In this document: piece after piece, positions 35,513 to 47,816 of the stretch
How the letters are laid out: the number at the start of each line of letters is the position of its first letter
Position numbering within the stretch: the stretch's first letter is position 1
The notes under the pieces: generated by a model
What the model saw: only the letters and a program-made list of their open reading frames with translations
What the model was told of the DNA's origin: nothing
Database searches by the model: none
Translations under genes and position numbers: made by a program
Assembly: GCA_030141605.1 (NCBI GenBank)
Contig: JAQGDQ010000001.1
Location: 682,001-746,000 of the forward strand
Length of the DNA stretch: 64,000 nucleotides
From: Tubiluchus corallicola
Lineage: Eukaryota; Animalia; Priapulida
Direction of reading: 5' to 3'

Positions 35513-38406
35513 ATGGAGCACATAAGCACCAGTTATCAAGCACTAGGCAGTGGAGAAGAACACGAGTCTCCTCATGAACGCTTAGTGTTGATACATCAAG
35601 TTCCTGAAAACGATAAAGTCCGGTGGAACCACATAGAAGATTTGGATGACTTTTTTATTAAAGTTTACAGGTTAGTACCTTGATATCAGCATGTGAAAAT
35701 GTATTTCATAATGACATTGTGGACATGTTGCTAAATTCTGGAATAGATTGGTTGTATCTGGTAGCAGTTTTTGGTCGTGGTTTTAGCCATTTGTGATTTA
35801 AGTTATTTAGCGCTGAAATGAAATGAGGGTAACACTTACTGACAAGCTGGCAATACCTTTAGCATTATACTTAATTTTGTATATTTTATGTTTTCATAAA
35901 TAATACAAAGTAGTATAGCTATGCATAGCAAAGACATAAGAACTTTATTTCCCACATAATCATGATTTACAGCATGTAGTCAGTTGACGAATAAATATAA
36001 AGGGGAAAGGGAATGACCATTAGCCAATGCATCATTTCCTTATCTCTTCTATGCTTTTCAAAGCTTTTCATTTTTTAATGTTTCACTTGCAGCTTAAATG
36101 TTTAGTGTCACAAAAATGGTTCGTAGTATTTTTCTGAAATAAAAAATTAGTACCATTATAAAAATTCTAGTGGAACTTCTGCTAAGCTCATTCATTTTAA
36201 AATCTTCTCTCTTTGCAGGTATCACCAAAAATATGGCTTTCTGTGTATGATGCTACAAGAGATTTTGGAACTAATCCAGTTTGTCTTTGTTGTGCTTTTT
36301 TCACTATTCCTTTTCGGTTGTATACGATATGAAAAGCTGTCAGGTACTGAGTCAGCTGATTTAAGCTTGACTATATGGGATATTTTTATCCCTGCTAATG
36401 AGTGTATGAATAATTTGCACCCGGCTGTGTACATGTTTTTACTCATCCCAGCATCCGGGTTCTGGTTGCTACAGTTGTTGCGAGTGGGCTATCACTTTTT
36501 TCAATACCTCGAAATTAGAACGTTCTATCTGAATGCTCTCAAAATATCAACTGCTGATCTGCAGAATATGACATGGCATGATGTGCAAAAGCGATTGCAG
36601 GAAGTTCAGAAGGAGCAGCAACTTTGCATTCACAAGCAAGAGTTGTCTGAACTGGACATTTATCATCGTATTTTAAGATTTAAAAATTACATGGTAGCTA
36701 TGGTGAATAAGAGCCTGCTGCCGATTCATTACCGCTTGCCATTTTTTGGCAATATGGTGTTTCTGACTCAAGGATTGAAGTACAATTTGGAGATGATCTT
36801 ATTCTGGGGCCCTTGGTCTCCGTGGGAGAATAACTGGCATTTAAAAGATGACTATAAAGATGTACGTAAAAGGAAAGAGCTTGCCAAACACCTGTCCGAT
36901 AGAATATTATGGATAGGTATAGCAAATTTTTTTCTTTGTCCACTTGTACTAATTTGGCAAGTTCTGTACATGTTTTTCAATTATGCAGCAATCATACGCA
37001 GAGAGCCAGGTAGTCTCGGAGCACGTCGGTGGTCACAGCATGGTAGATTATATCTTCGGCATTTCAATGAATTGGATCATGAGCTGCAAGCCAGACTGAA
37101 TCGTGGATATCGTCCCGCTTCAAAATACATGTCAATTTTTGTATCTCACATCATGACCATCATTGCCAAAAGTATTGCTTTTTTTGCAGGAGCAATTCTC
37201 ATCGTTTTGATTATCATAACTGTAGCATTTGATCATCATATTCATGTAAACAATGAATTGGCTGCTATAACAGTGCTTAGCATCATTATCACTGCTTGTA
37301 GTGCTTTTATACCGGACGAAAATTTAGTGTTTTGTCCTGAAACATTAATGACGATGGTGCTAGCTCATGTTCATTATATGCCAGATACTTGGAAAGATCA
37401 TGCTCACACTCTGCGTGTAAGAGATGAATTTTCACAACTGTTTCAGTTCAAAGCAATGTTTTTGCTGGAAGAATTACTGAGTCCTATTATTACTCCATGG
37501 ATATTGTGTTTCAGTTTACGACACAAAGCTCTAGAAATTGTTGATTTCTTCCACAACTTTACAGTGGATGTGATCGGTGTTGGGGATGTCTGCTCTTTTG
37601 CGCAAATGGATGTTCGTCGTCATGGCAACAGACAGTGGGCGGCAGAAGGCCAAACTGAAGCGACACATTACCAACAAGCAGAGGATGGGAAAACAGAATT
37701 ATCCCTAATACACTTTACGCTTACTAACCCACAATGGAAGCCTCCGACAGAGTGTACTGCATTTGTTACCAGTATACGTGAAAGAGTACAGAGAGATGCC
37801 AGTTTGTTTAACAGCCCCACTGCTGAAGAAACTGCTTTGTATCAGTCACTGTACAGCCTTTCTTCTCTTGGACCTGGTCATAACAGTCTTATTTCCAGTA
37901 TTATGCAACCACCTAGTGGTAGTTTTGCTCGACATCAATGTGGAATTGGTGAATCGCCTCGACATCCTAATGTGAAGACACCTCATGCACGTGGCGGTGT
38001 ATCCCGTGCCGAAGGACCCCTCAGTGGCAGTAGTACAGGCATTCTTGGAGCATTAGCAGAAACCAGTGGCAGTGGACTTGCTGTCAGTACACATTTACCT
38101 GAGCAAAATCTGACTTCAATGCATCTACCAACTTTGCAAACACCAGAGCTTGGAGCATATGCTGAACGGACTGTAACTGATATGAGTTTGAGCACGTTAT
38201 ATTTACATGAACTTCACCATAGAAGGAAGCACCTGCATGGTTATGAAGATATACAGCATCGCACTGTCCCAGCATTATCCACACAGGATGTTTTTATAGC
38301 ACCTAAACAACCAATTGCTGGTGATTTGAGTGAACTGGTAGAGAAGGACAGCCAGGACAATGGTGACGACGATGATGACACTGCTCCCATGGTGCATCAT
38401 ACATAA
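35513..38406 (+). CDS. ATG9: Autophagy-related protein 9 (lipid scramblase), 2 coding exons, 781 aa
   Basis: Exons 35513-35670 and 36219-38406 (AG|GTTAGT...TTTGCAG|G, phase 2), 2346 nt. Motifs WNHIEDLDDFF, YHQKYGFLCM, ELSELDIYHRILRFKNYMVAMVNK, LGARRWS, RHFNELDHEL, FTVDVIGVGDVCSFAQMD and GKTELSLIHF. An acceptor at 35490 implies an upstream non-coding exon (best donor at 32757). Confidence 0.97.
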
Positions 38407-39584
38407 ATTTAGATTTGTTAGTTAATTATATTCAATATGGTGTGCATAAGTTTTTCCTTTTCCATGATAATTTTTAGACCACATTATTTTAATAAATTAT
38501 TTTAGTCAGTAGTATATGGAAGGCAGTTTTGTAAGTTTGGTTATTTAAGGTTATGTATTTCTAAAAAAACACTAAATTACGTAATTGAGGCTTCTGTTTT
38601 ACTGGCAATTTAAAAATTTTGATTTTACATGCATGCGTCTGCATATATGATTGATACTCATTATGATATTTACACTTTCATTTGTCAATACATAATTCTG
38701 CTTCTTAATCTGTCATTGGCGTCAATAAAATTTTAAAAATGTGTGACTCTTGGTGCTCACTTACAGAATTCTGCAAATTAATAAATTTTAGGAAGTTCAG
38801 AAATTATATTATTTCTTTTCCTTGATGGTAATCTCTACATTTTCACTCTAGTACTAGCCAGTCGTAAGTAAATATGAAAAATTTTGGAAAGATTTTTTTA
38901 AGACAGCAATTGCACAGATTTTCAAATTGAAGTTAGCAATGAAATAGATGGCAGTTAAAATCAGCTGTTGTCTTGTTGTAAAAGTTGTTACAATAGTTTT
39001 TTGTTTACGTGTTGTTGCTTCTTGTCCATAGCAATGTGAATTCCTTTTTTGTGACATGATATTTTGAGTTATTTTTAAATTTTCGGGAGATGTTGCTTGA
39101 CTAATCGTAATTTTTTACTAATGCTTTTTAATTCGTTATAAATCTTAGTCAATAACTTATCAAGTACCTCTATAATACGTTGTACTCACCTTTTAAAATT
39201 ATTAGAACTTGTAACATTCTTTAAATTTGGTTGGGATGCAGGCATTGTTAGTAAATTACTACGGCTAGCATTTTAAACGCTTTATAAAATTTCTAAAAAA
39301 TATTTTTTCGACTTTTCCTGAACAGCCTGGAGTTGGAGTGGTTTTGTAAGTGAGGTGTTAAAACATTTACATGTATACATAGAAATTCTGTTTGTGTAAA
39401 TGGTAATTTGAATGTATGTGAGTGATAGCGTGCATCCTTATTTATAGTAAATAATGTAAAAAATTTGTGTGATTTATGTACATTATTTTTGATGCTACAT
39501 GTGTTAATTTTGCCTGTCTAAAATTTGGACATTGTATATGCCTATAATGTGTAGTTTGCTATTGTGCCAGATTTTATTTATTAC

Positions 39585-39880
39585 TAGGGGTGTGCATCCA
39601 ACGTTCGAATTCGTCAAACGATTTTATACATTCTTTATTATTAAAACATTTGAAACCTCATGCAGTTAGCACAGCTTAGCTGTAATTCCTGTGCACAATT
39701 TTTAAACAAATTATTAGTGCTTTTAATGCAGAAGAAAACGAGGTAATTAATATGCACGACCTTTGTGAGACGCTTTTTATTAATCGCTCTAAAATGCTGA
39801 ACTTTGGTATGAGTTGAATTTGACAGTCACAAATTTTATTAGATTAGAATTTGCCTTCTGTTAGAAAATTCTCACCCCTC
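39585..39880 (-). mobile_element. hAT-superfamily MITE, copy 2 (inverted relative to copy 1)
   Basis: Ends TAGGGGTGTGCAT ... ATTCTCACCCCTC; flanks TTTATTAC / TTAATTAC (7/8). The internal CATGCAGTTAGCA...CTGTGCACAATTTTTAAACA is the reverse complement of the copy 1 interior. Confidence 0.8.
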
Positions 39881-41039
39881 TTAATTACGCAATCAAATTT
39901 TACATATCTCTGCAATAGTTTTGTTTCTAACCTTACATCCGAAAACATTGATATACAACAAAATCGTTTTTTTTTTGTCAAGTTGGTCTTTTATTTGGAT
40001 TTTGAGAACACCGTAAGTTCTGGTCTAATTTGATCATGTCCTTATGAACATTACACATATGCATAGAATTTAGATCAGATTTTTTATTTATCTCCTTTAT
40101 GCACACATAAACAAATCAGCAAAGAATTTATTGTAGTTTAGAGAAAGGGTGGCGAGTAGGGGCGAGTAACCATATGGGGTATCGAGCCAGCCACTCTTGT
40201 TAATAAAGTCGGTAATTTTAATTGGGCAGCAGTTAGTGCAAATAATTTATATCCTATAAAAGAAATACCTGGAAAAACAATGTCAAAAACGAAGGTAGAA
40301 AGTAGCATACAACACCTTGTAAGTCGAAACAAATAGTTTAACAACAAAACAAATTAAACGTCAAACTGTACAAACAAAAAATAATGAAAGTAAAACTGAA
40401 ATATGAAAGCAAATAGGAGGAAGTGAGCATACACCGAGAAGAGCAAAGTGGCTATATAACTGACAAATAAAAATTAATTATAATTTATGTATATCACAAT
40501 GATATAATAAAAAAATGTACACGCAACGTTATATAAAGGCAAAACGAAAAGTGCAGAAAAAAGTACAAAAAACAGCATTGTAATATTGCCATACTAGTTA
40601 AACAGACATTTAAGCACAAAAAGAGGATTGTTAAATTGAATAAGCAACAACAATAACTAAAAATAGCCAGCCTGTAGAAAAAATAATTATGATTCGTAAT
40701 TTAACCAAGTAAATGAAAAAACAAACTGAAATGGTAATAACAATAACTTGAATATAATAAATTAAACAACTGAAACAAAACAAATAAAAATTAATTATGT
40801 ATAGTACTCATTGTAATAACTGACAAAATAAAATCAAAATTGAAAACAGAAAACAACATGCCGCACGTTGTGGACAAAAAAATCCGCTAACGGAAAGTAT
40901 AAACTGATATTAACTCATTTCTGTGCAAACTGTAAAAATCTGCAATAAAAATAACCATGAATGGGAAATAATGAAAATTATCTCCGGATCAGGCCCAGAT
41001 TTTACGGACAGTGGACTGACACACCACTAAACAAATATT

Positions 41040-41185
41040 TATGCAGTAGCTCTCTCCTATATTAATGCCTTTGACTGACGATTGGAGGCAGAGGCACAAT
41101 AAATCTTTTACTTATGTGCAGATAACTGTATTGCTACACGACCTATCTCACAACTTAAGCACTATAGGCAGACACTCTTTGATCA
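41040..41185 (+). mobile_element. Highly degenerate LINE reverse transcriptase fragment
   Basis: Reads LSYINAFD*...YLCADNCIATRPI, resembling LFLLYIND...LFADDCxxYRxI around the YADD box of L2/CR1 RTs; in-frame stops are present. Confidence 0.4.
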
Positions 41186-41502
41186 GACATACATAGGCAT
41201 TTGTATTTTAAGTTTTCTATATTTTATCTGTAATATACTAAAATAACCAATGTTTTTGGCACGCACGTCATTGTATGTTTGCAAATAAACTTGAATTGAA
41301 TTGAATCGACTTGTTAAAAATACATATATAAAGTCATGACAATATGGAAAGTATAATGTCGCCACACAAAACAATGGAGGATTATGGAATGTAATGCAAG
41401 AAAGTCAGCAGTCTGTACTATGAGGATCGAAAGATGAAAATGATCAAATGATGGTGAATAAAGAAAAAGGTAGATGTAACTATGGTTAAACTTTGTACTT
41501 TG

Positions 41503-41836
41503 TAGTGGTGAGCATTCCTCATCAGCAGGCGAATTTGAATCGAATTTTCCACTTTTAAACTCGAATCAAACTGAATTTTCAAATTTTAAATCCGAATCAA
41601 GATCGAATTTTTGTATCATTAATAGAGAACCTGTCTCACAAAGCTCATGCATCTGATTTCACTTTGCTGTAAGAATACTAATAATTTGTTTAAAAATTGC
41701 ATGCAGCTGAATTGTGCTGATTGCATGGTATTTCATATATTTTAATGCTAAAGAACATATGTATTTATAATTTTGTATTGAATCAAACTAAGAAACTTCT
41801 CTATTCAAATTCGAACGTTCGGTGCTCACATGCCTC
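41503..41836 (+). mobile_element. hAT-superfamily MITE, copy 3 (more decayed)
   Basis: Starts TAGTGGTGAGCATTC, ends ...TTCGAACGTTCGGTGCTCAC; shares interior blocks (TTTGTTTAAAAATTG, GCATG..TTTC..TTTTAATG.TAA) with copy 1. Target duplication not clear. Confidence 0.7.
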
Positions 41837-44800
41837 GTATCTGTAGCAACAGTAACTATTTCAGTCAGTGCTGCACTGTTCATGTGCACGTGTAAGCTAA
41901 ATACCATGCACGGTGCAGGTACAAGTATGTCGATATTGGGGATGCATGGGGATTATTTTTTGCTACATGTTACAATATTATAGTGAATTTTAGTTATACC
42001 TACATTGAAAAAATTAATTTAAAAAAGTTCGATTGTATGTCACTGAGCTGCAGCAGCTAAGAGTAAAGACGAGTAAACAGTAATAGTAATTGTTGACTGG
42101 AATTTCTGTATATAAAGTGAACAAAATGCGTATGTTTTTGATCTTGCAAACTGGTATTTTTTTTATTGATGTGAGTTTGCTCGCCGATTTGGTGAAAACT
42201 GAAGAGGATCGTGAGTATCGACGGCATGCCTTGCTCTCAAAAGGCTATTTTTCAACTTCGTCAATTTTTGTTTTGCAAAACTCAGAAGCGAACAGAGATT
42301 ACAGAATTTTTGTGTGTAAGGTTTTCCGCCATTTCCGTGCAGCTGAACATGGTCTGTAGCGCCGTGTCAATTTCTTTACTTAAACTGTATTAGTGGCATA
42401 AGCATGCTTGGATGATGTTAAACAAGATGTTTTGCTTTTTCAGTTGTGTAGGTAGTATTGGATTTGAACGATCAATTTTGTGGTAGACGGATCTGTGGTA
42501 ATTTTGCTTTACTAATAAAATAGTGATTAATGTTATTGTTAACCGTTAGATATTGTTTGCGTCCAATTTTTCCACTATTTATTGATATTGCATAATGTTA
42601 CCGTGTTAACATGTCGAGCAGTATTTGTGTGTAAATAACTTCTACAAATACTAGTTGAGTTGCCATTTGACATTGTGAAAATGTGATAGTATCGTGTTAT
42701 GCTGTAATTTGAACCATGTTACTTTAGTTTTTAGTTTTTTCTTGCAAAGTAAATAAGTTGTAATGTGACCAATGCAGAGTTGGGTTAAATGTGAATCTTC
42801 AGTTTTAGTTAGGGATGCACCACATATTCTGGTCGCTGAATTTTTTTCTGTGATTTTATCAGTATGAAACTCTATTCCAGTGAACCTTGGTTGTAATCAC
42901 TAACAGATTCAGTGAACTTTCGGTGTACTAAAGTTACCTTTTTAAATAACTGGTGCATTCTTTGAAAATTGCATTTAAATAAACTGAATATTTGCCTAAT
43001 ACAAAAATTTCTCCGAAAAAAGGTGATAATAAACACCGAACACAGCGCAACAGCTGACATTTTGCTTTCTGTCTCTGTATGATAACTAGAAGTGCTTTAT
43101 TCGTTTATACACGAATTAATCATAACTAGTAAAAAATTATACTTTCATAGTTTTGCTTAAAAACGGCACAAAAACATGTGGGACGTTTTTAACACAACCA
43201 TTGTGATTTTTTGTTATGCTTTGCCACTTGAGCAGTTTAATTAATTCAAATAGGCCCGTGGTAACTGGTAAGCCTACAAGAATAAATGAAATTTGATAAG
43301 TCAGGAAGTCGGCAGTTTTTCGAAATGTGAAACGTCTGAATGTGTTGAGATAATGTTAACATTATTTAAGATTTTGAAATAATTAGGGTTGCTTTTAAAA
43401 TAGTTAATACTTTAGTATAACAACATTTATACATGCATACAACAGAGCTATTTTCATATGAAGGTATCAGCTTGTTTAGTCTTTTTTTAATTTCTAGGTA
43501 TTTTGTATTTCGGGTGGAAGCAGGGTGATCTGTTACGTAGGTGTAGTTTGTTATATACAGTCAGCAAAAGGGCCTTGTGGCTTGTGTTGTCTGTTGAGTT
43601 TAAAGCCGACTTTAAAATAGCTTATTCTTATTAAGTGAGAGGACTATAAATGAATTGTAGGATTTCTTATATAAAGTATGTACTTTCCATAGTTCATATA
43701 CATCCTTGAGCTGCTTAGACAAATTAGCTAATGTCTAGCAAGAGACATCATCATTTTAGAGTAAAAAACAATTTTTATTTTCTGCAGGTAAATTGTTGGC
43801 TGGTAACTATGTTACAGTTTCGAAAAATTACAATACTGAATCTTGGTTAATAATTTGGCTAAATATATGAATCTTGAAGCCTTAGTTCATGAAAATAGCA
43901 GAATTGCTGAGGCCTAAGCTTACTTTTGTTGATTTTTTTTTGGAAAAGGAATGGTGTCACTGCTGAACAATTTTCTAGCATGTACTGCACATACTTCTGA
44001 ATTGTTTTGAGTTTTGTTTGCTAAATAAGGAAAACTAAAGAAAAAACACAGATATACGTTGAATTATTGGAGTTTTGTGCATGCACTTGATATACATGCT
44101 TTGGTGAGAAATTCATTAGAGACTGATCTTAGCGACAAATAAATTATTTTTAACCTAAATTAAGTACCATCATATTGGACTCATACTGGAGTGCTTCAGT
44201 TCAGTAAAAGAAACTGAATCAGTGAGCAGATATGAACAAATAGTTCTATAACTGAAACTATACTAGTTAAGTTGGTGAGCATTGTATTTTAGTTTGTATT
44301 TGCTGTTGTGTTTTATTATTCTTTGGTTTTTTTTATAAACAAGTGTGATGTTACTATTTTTATATTTAAAACGCCCCATGATGAATAACTGTTGTAAACA
44401 TTAAAAGTTACATGCAGTCCTGATGAACGATTGCTTTATTGTTTAAGTACAGAAGTAAAAAACAACAAAGGCAATGGCAGTGCCTCATTTAAAGATACGA
44501 GTGGCAAAAATACTGAGTCAGTTATATCAGTTAATATATATAGAATCGAAACTCCTGAGTGGAATTATTGACTGATTCTGCATAAATTTGTATGGGAGTT
44601 GTCCATAGCTCCATCCTTTTAAGTTAATTAGGCAACTAATTAAATTAACTGTGAGTTAAATAGATGTGCCTACCATATTAAAATTTCTAACTGGTAATTA
44701 TTGTCATCTTTTTTGTGGGGCATCTGTGATTATTTTTTGTTGCTTTCACTAGCATTGTCATATTGGCAAAACTGTTAATTATTATGGAATGTGTTTAAAA

Positions 44801-47800
44801 ATTTAATAATATAATTTGATTGCTCAGGTTTTAAACATAGTGTAACAAAAATTTCAGAATGTTTTTATATCACGTGTTATGTTATTTTAATTTTTTTATT
44901 TTTTCGATTTTATTGTACAATGGAATCTGAAGAGTTTGCATTAATTATCTTTGAAGTTTGTATTGTATAAGAGCAGCATTAGACATTTGTTCTTGCTCCA
45001 CTAAGATCCTCAGTGATGCATTGTTGCCTTAAAATAAGTCATTTAGTAATCATTATTATGTCTGTTACCCTGGATACTGTAGTTCAGCAGAACTTTTTAT
45101 GCCTAAGCTTTCAGCATTACAGATAATCTATTATCATGTTAGGTAGGTGAAAGTATTTTTGTGCAGAGCTGTGAGGCCTGCGAATGTTTTGTTTTAGTTT
45201 AGATTTATCATTTAATTTTAACTCTAGTTAGACTTAGTTACAGAAACTTGGCAGAAACTTGAATCTTGCTAAAATATTCAAGTTACTATTGACAAGCTAG
45301 TCGTGCAGGCTCTAATTTGTAGAGCTGTAACGTTTGAGTAGTTATTCCAGAAAGTACCATATAAGTATAAAAGTGGATCATTATTTTTAGGAATTGTTGG
45401 GCAGCAAGATATTGTTGCACCTTAAAATTTTATTTATTTTTCATTATTGTTTACCTTGTACCTTTTATTCTGGTTTTTTCTATTATTATTCATTCGTGAT
45501 ATCTTCTGAATGAATAATATATACGTATAACAGAATTACCTACTAAACCACTCACCCCTGTGACATTAGAACTAGTGATGTGATCTTCATCTAGCTGCAG
45601 TGGTCGTGAAGCAGACTTTAGTATTTAAGGTCATTCACTTCAACTACAGTGTAAGTCTGTTCCATTAGTTTGTGTTTTAGGGTGTGTGGTAGGGTGCGTG
45701 TGTGCATGCATGGGTAGGTGGTTGTGTCTTCCCTAATGTGCGTGTGACTATACATGGTGAGCACTTTTCTTTCATTCATTTTAGAATTGAAAATGATTTT
45801 GATTCAAGTACTTGTCTTTTCCCCTGTAATTGCAGACAGGTCTTTGAATATCAAGTTAGTTGTTTTATAAAATGCTTTAAAATATTTGTCAATTTACAAA
45901 TAGAAAAGTCTAAGATGTGGCCAGTGGTCGCTGATCATAATGGGAAATAGGAATTTATTTTAGCAGTACTGAAGTTGGGTACTACAACTATCAGTTTGTA
46001 TTAACTTGTCCTGAATTTAATTGAATTATAAATCTTAAGTTGATATATTGTTGTTTTGTTAAAAAAGCTGGTAGCCTACTGTTGCACTTGAAATTGCACT
46101 ATTCTAATTATATGTCTATGGCAACATAATTTAGAAATGCTTGTGAAACTTTAGTTTGTGCTCGTATGTTTTGCAAGTTGTTTTTAACTTCATTCTTCAT
46201 TTTATACAGCATTATACATTTGCCAAATTTATCAGTCATTATAGAAATTTTCCTGTCATTAAATTAGTTTTTTAGATAGCATAATACCAAAACAATGCAA
46301 AAATTTGTGGTCTTGAAAATCACATTGATAAATATTCCAGTATTTGTAACCTATATTTTGTGATGTTGAAATACTAAACTGTTCACAAGAATTGGTCACC
46401 AACATTACTGGATAGTTCCTCTTATACACTACAAATATATGTAACATGTTGCCTTCTTTTAGGTGTATGCTAGATATTCTCTGAATTTTTGGCCTTGACA
46501 TACTAGGCTGTTTATAAACTCGGTGAACTTTCATATTTTGGCACAGTTTATATCACGCTGCTGTAATATTTTTAACTCATGATCGTGCTAAGTTCGTTGA
46601 AGTTTATTTACTGCTGGTCTTAGGCTAATTACGTTCACAGACACCCAAACTGGAAATGTAGGTTTGTAATTCCTGTCCTCTCAATTACTGTGTAGGTAAA
46701 TGAAAAACAGGTTAGCAACTGGGGCATTTAGTTCCACGTACAGCAGATGTATTGCAGTGAGTTGAAAACTGTAATATTTTATTGCTAGTCATGTAATGTA
46801 ATGGTGATTATATGATATGTTTTTTGTATTTGGATAAGCTACTTATTCAGCAAAACATTAACGCAGGAAACATTACTTTTGTGTGTCATTTTGTAATGTA
46901 ACTGCACTCAGTGAATCAAATTATTCAGCCTTGTAAGATCTGGCATATTTAAGACTGTACAGTCAAACATGTATGCAACTGTTTTATCTATTTTTTTATA
47001 CACTAGTTGTTTTATAAGGGCAAAGCTAAATTAGTGTGGCTTATTTTTAATGTTTTATATTAAGGTGATAACTAACCACTTGTTAATTATTATGCTGGTC
47101 ATTACTGCTACCTATAATTTATGAATAAAATAAGCTTTATTTATCATTTAAAAGCTTTTATTAGGTAGCGTAATTGTACCATAAGCTTTTTTTATTATTG
47201 TAATTAATTAGTTGACATAATTTAAGAACAAAATAACTTTTTGTTTTACACTGGGTGTTTTTAAAAATGATAGGCATGTAAACGAGCTAAACATTTTTAA
47301 AAAGATGATCATCTTCATTTTGAATTGAGTGTATTTTATGAATTTAGTATATATACCAAAACTATATTTTGATTTGTTGCTTTTTTATAAATTTGTTATT
47401 TACAAACAGTTTTATTTATGACAAAGAAATCACTGACTTTTTATTTATTTCAGACACTGATCTTAAAAGCTGTGTTTCTGCTAGAACATGCCTTTGTATA
47501 TAGCGGGTCATACTTTTATGTGAAGATTTTCAAGTTTTTCTGGCTTGGAGTACTTTCAGACAATGGGCCTTTTTAGTTCTTCAAGTCTGAGTTTTGAATT
47601 GTGAAACTGCACACAGTTTCAGATGTACAGTCACTGAACAATGGAGCTACCCGATGAGTATCAAACAGAAATTGTGGGCTGTGGAAAAGTACCATCGATG
47701 ATACATGTGAATGTTTTTATTTGAAGTGCAATTATTCGTTTTTGAGCTTTAAAGCTAGTGTATTGAATGTGTCTACTACTCTGTGATATTCGCGTAACTT

Positions 47801-47816
47801 GTAAAATTGATCGGAC

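Noticed and set aside
35671-36218. U12-type or non-canonical introns in the four genes
   Set aside because: All inferred introns are GT-AG without the RTATCCTT 5' signature.
40140-40240. tRNA gene on the minus strand (B-box-like GGCTCGATACC)
   Set aside because: No A box or cloverleaf; at best a decayed SINE head.
42090-42393. ORFs in the CpG-containing patch upstream of TBL1
   Set aside because: No homology recognised; the patch is better explained as the TBL1 promoter or non-coding first exon, whose boundaries I cannot fix.
44378-44516. Box C/D snoRNA or hammerhead ribozyme (ATGATGA ... CTGATGA ... CTGA)
   Set aside because: No terminal stem, no recognisable rRNA antisense element, and no stem II plus GAAA core.
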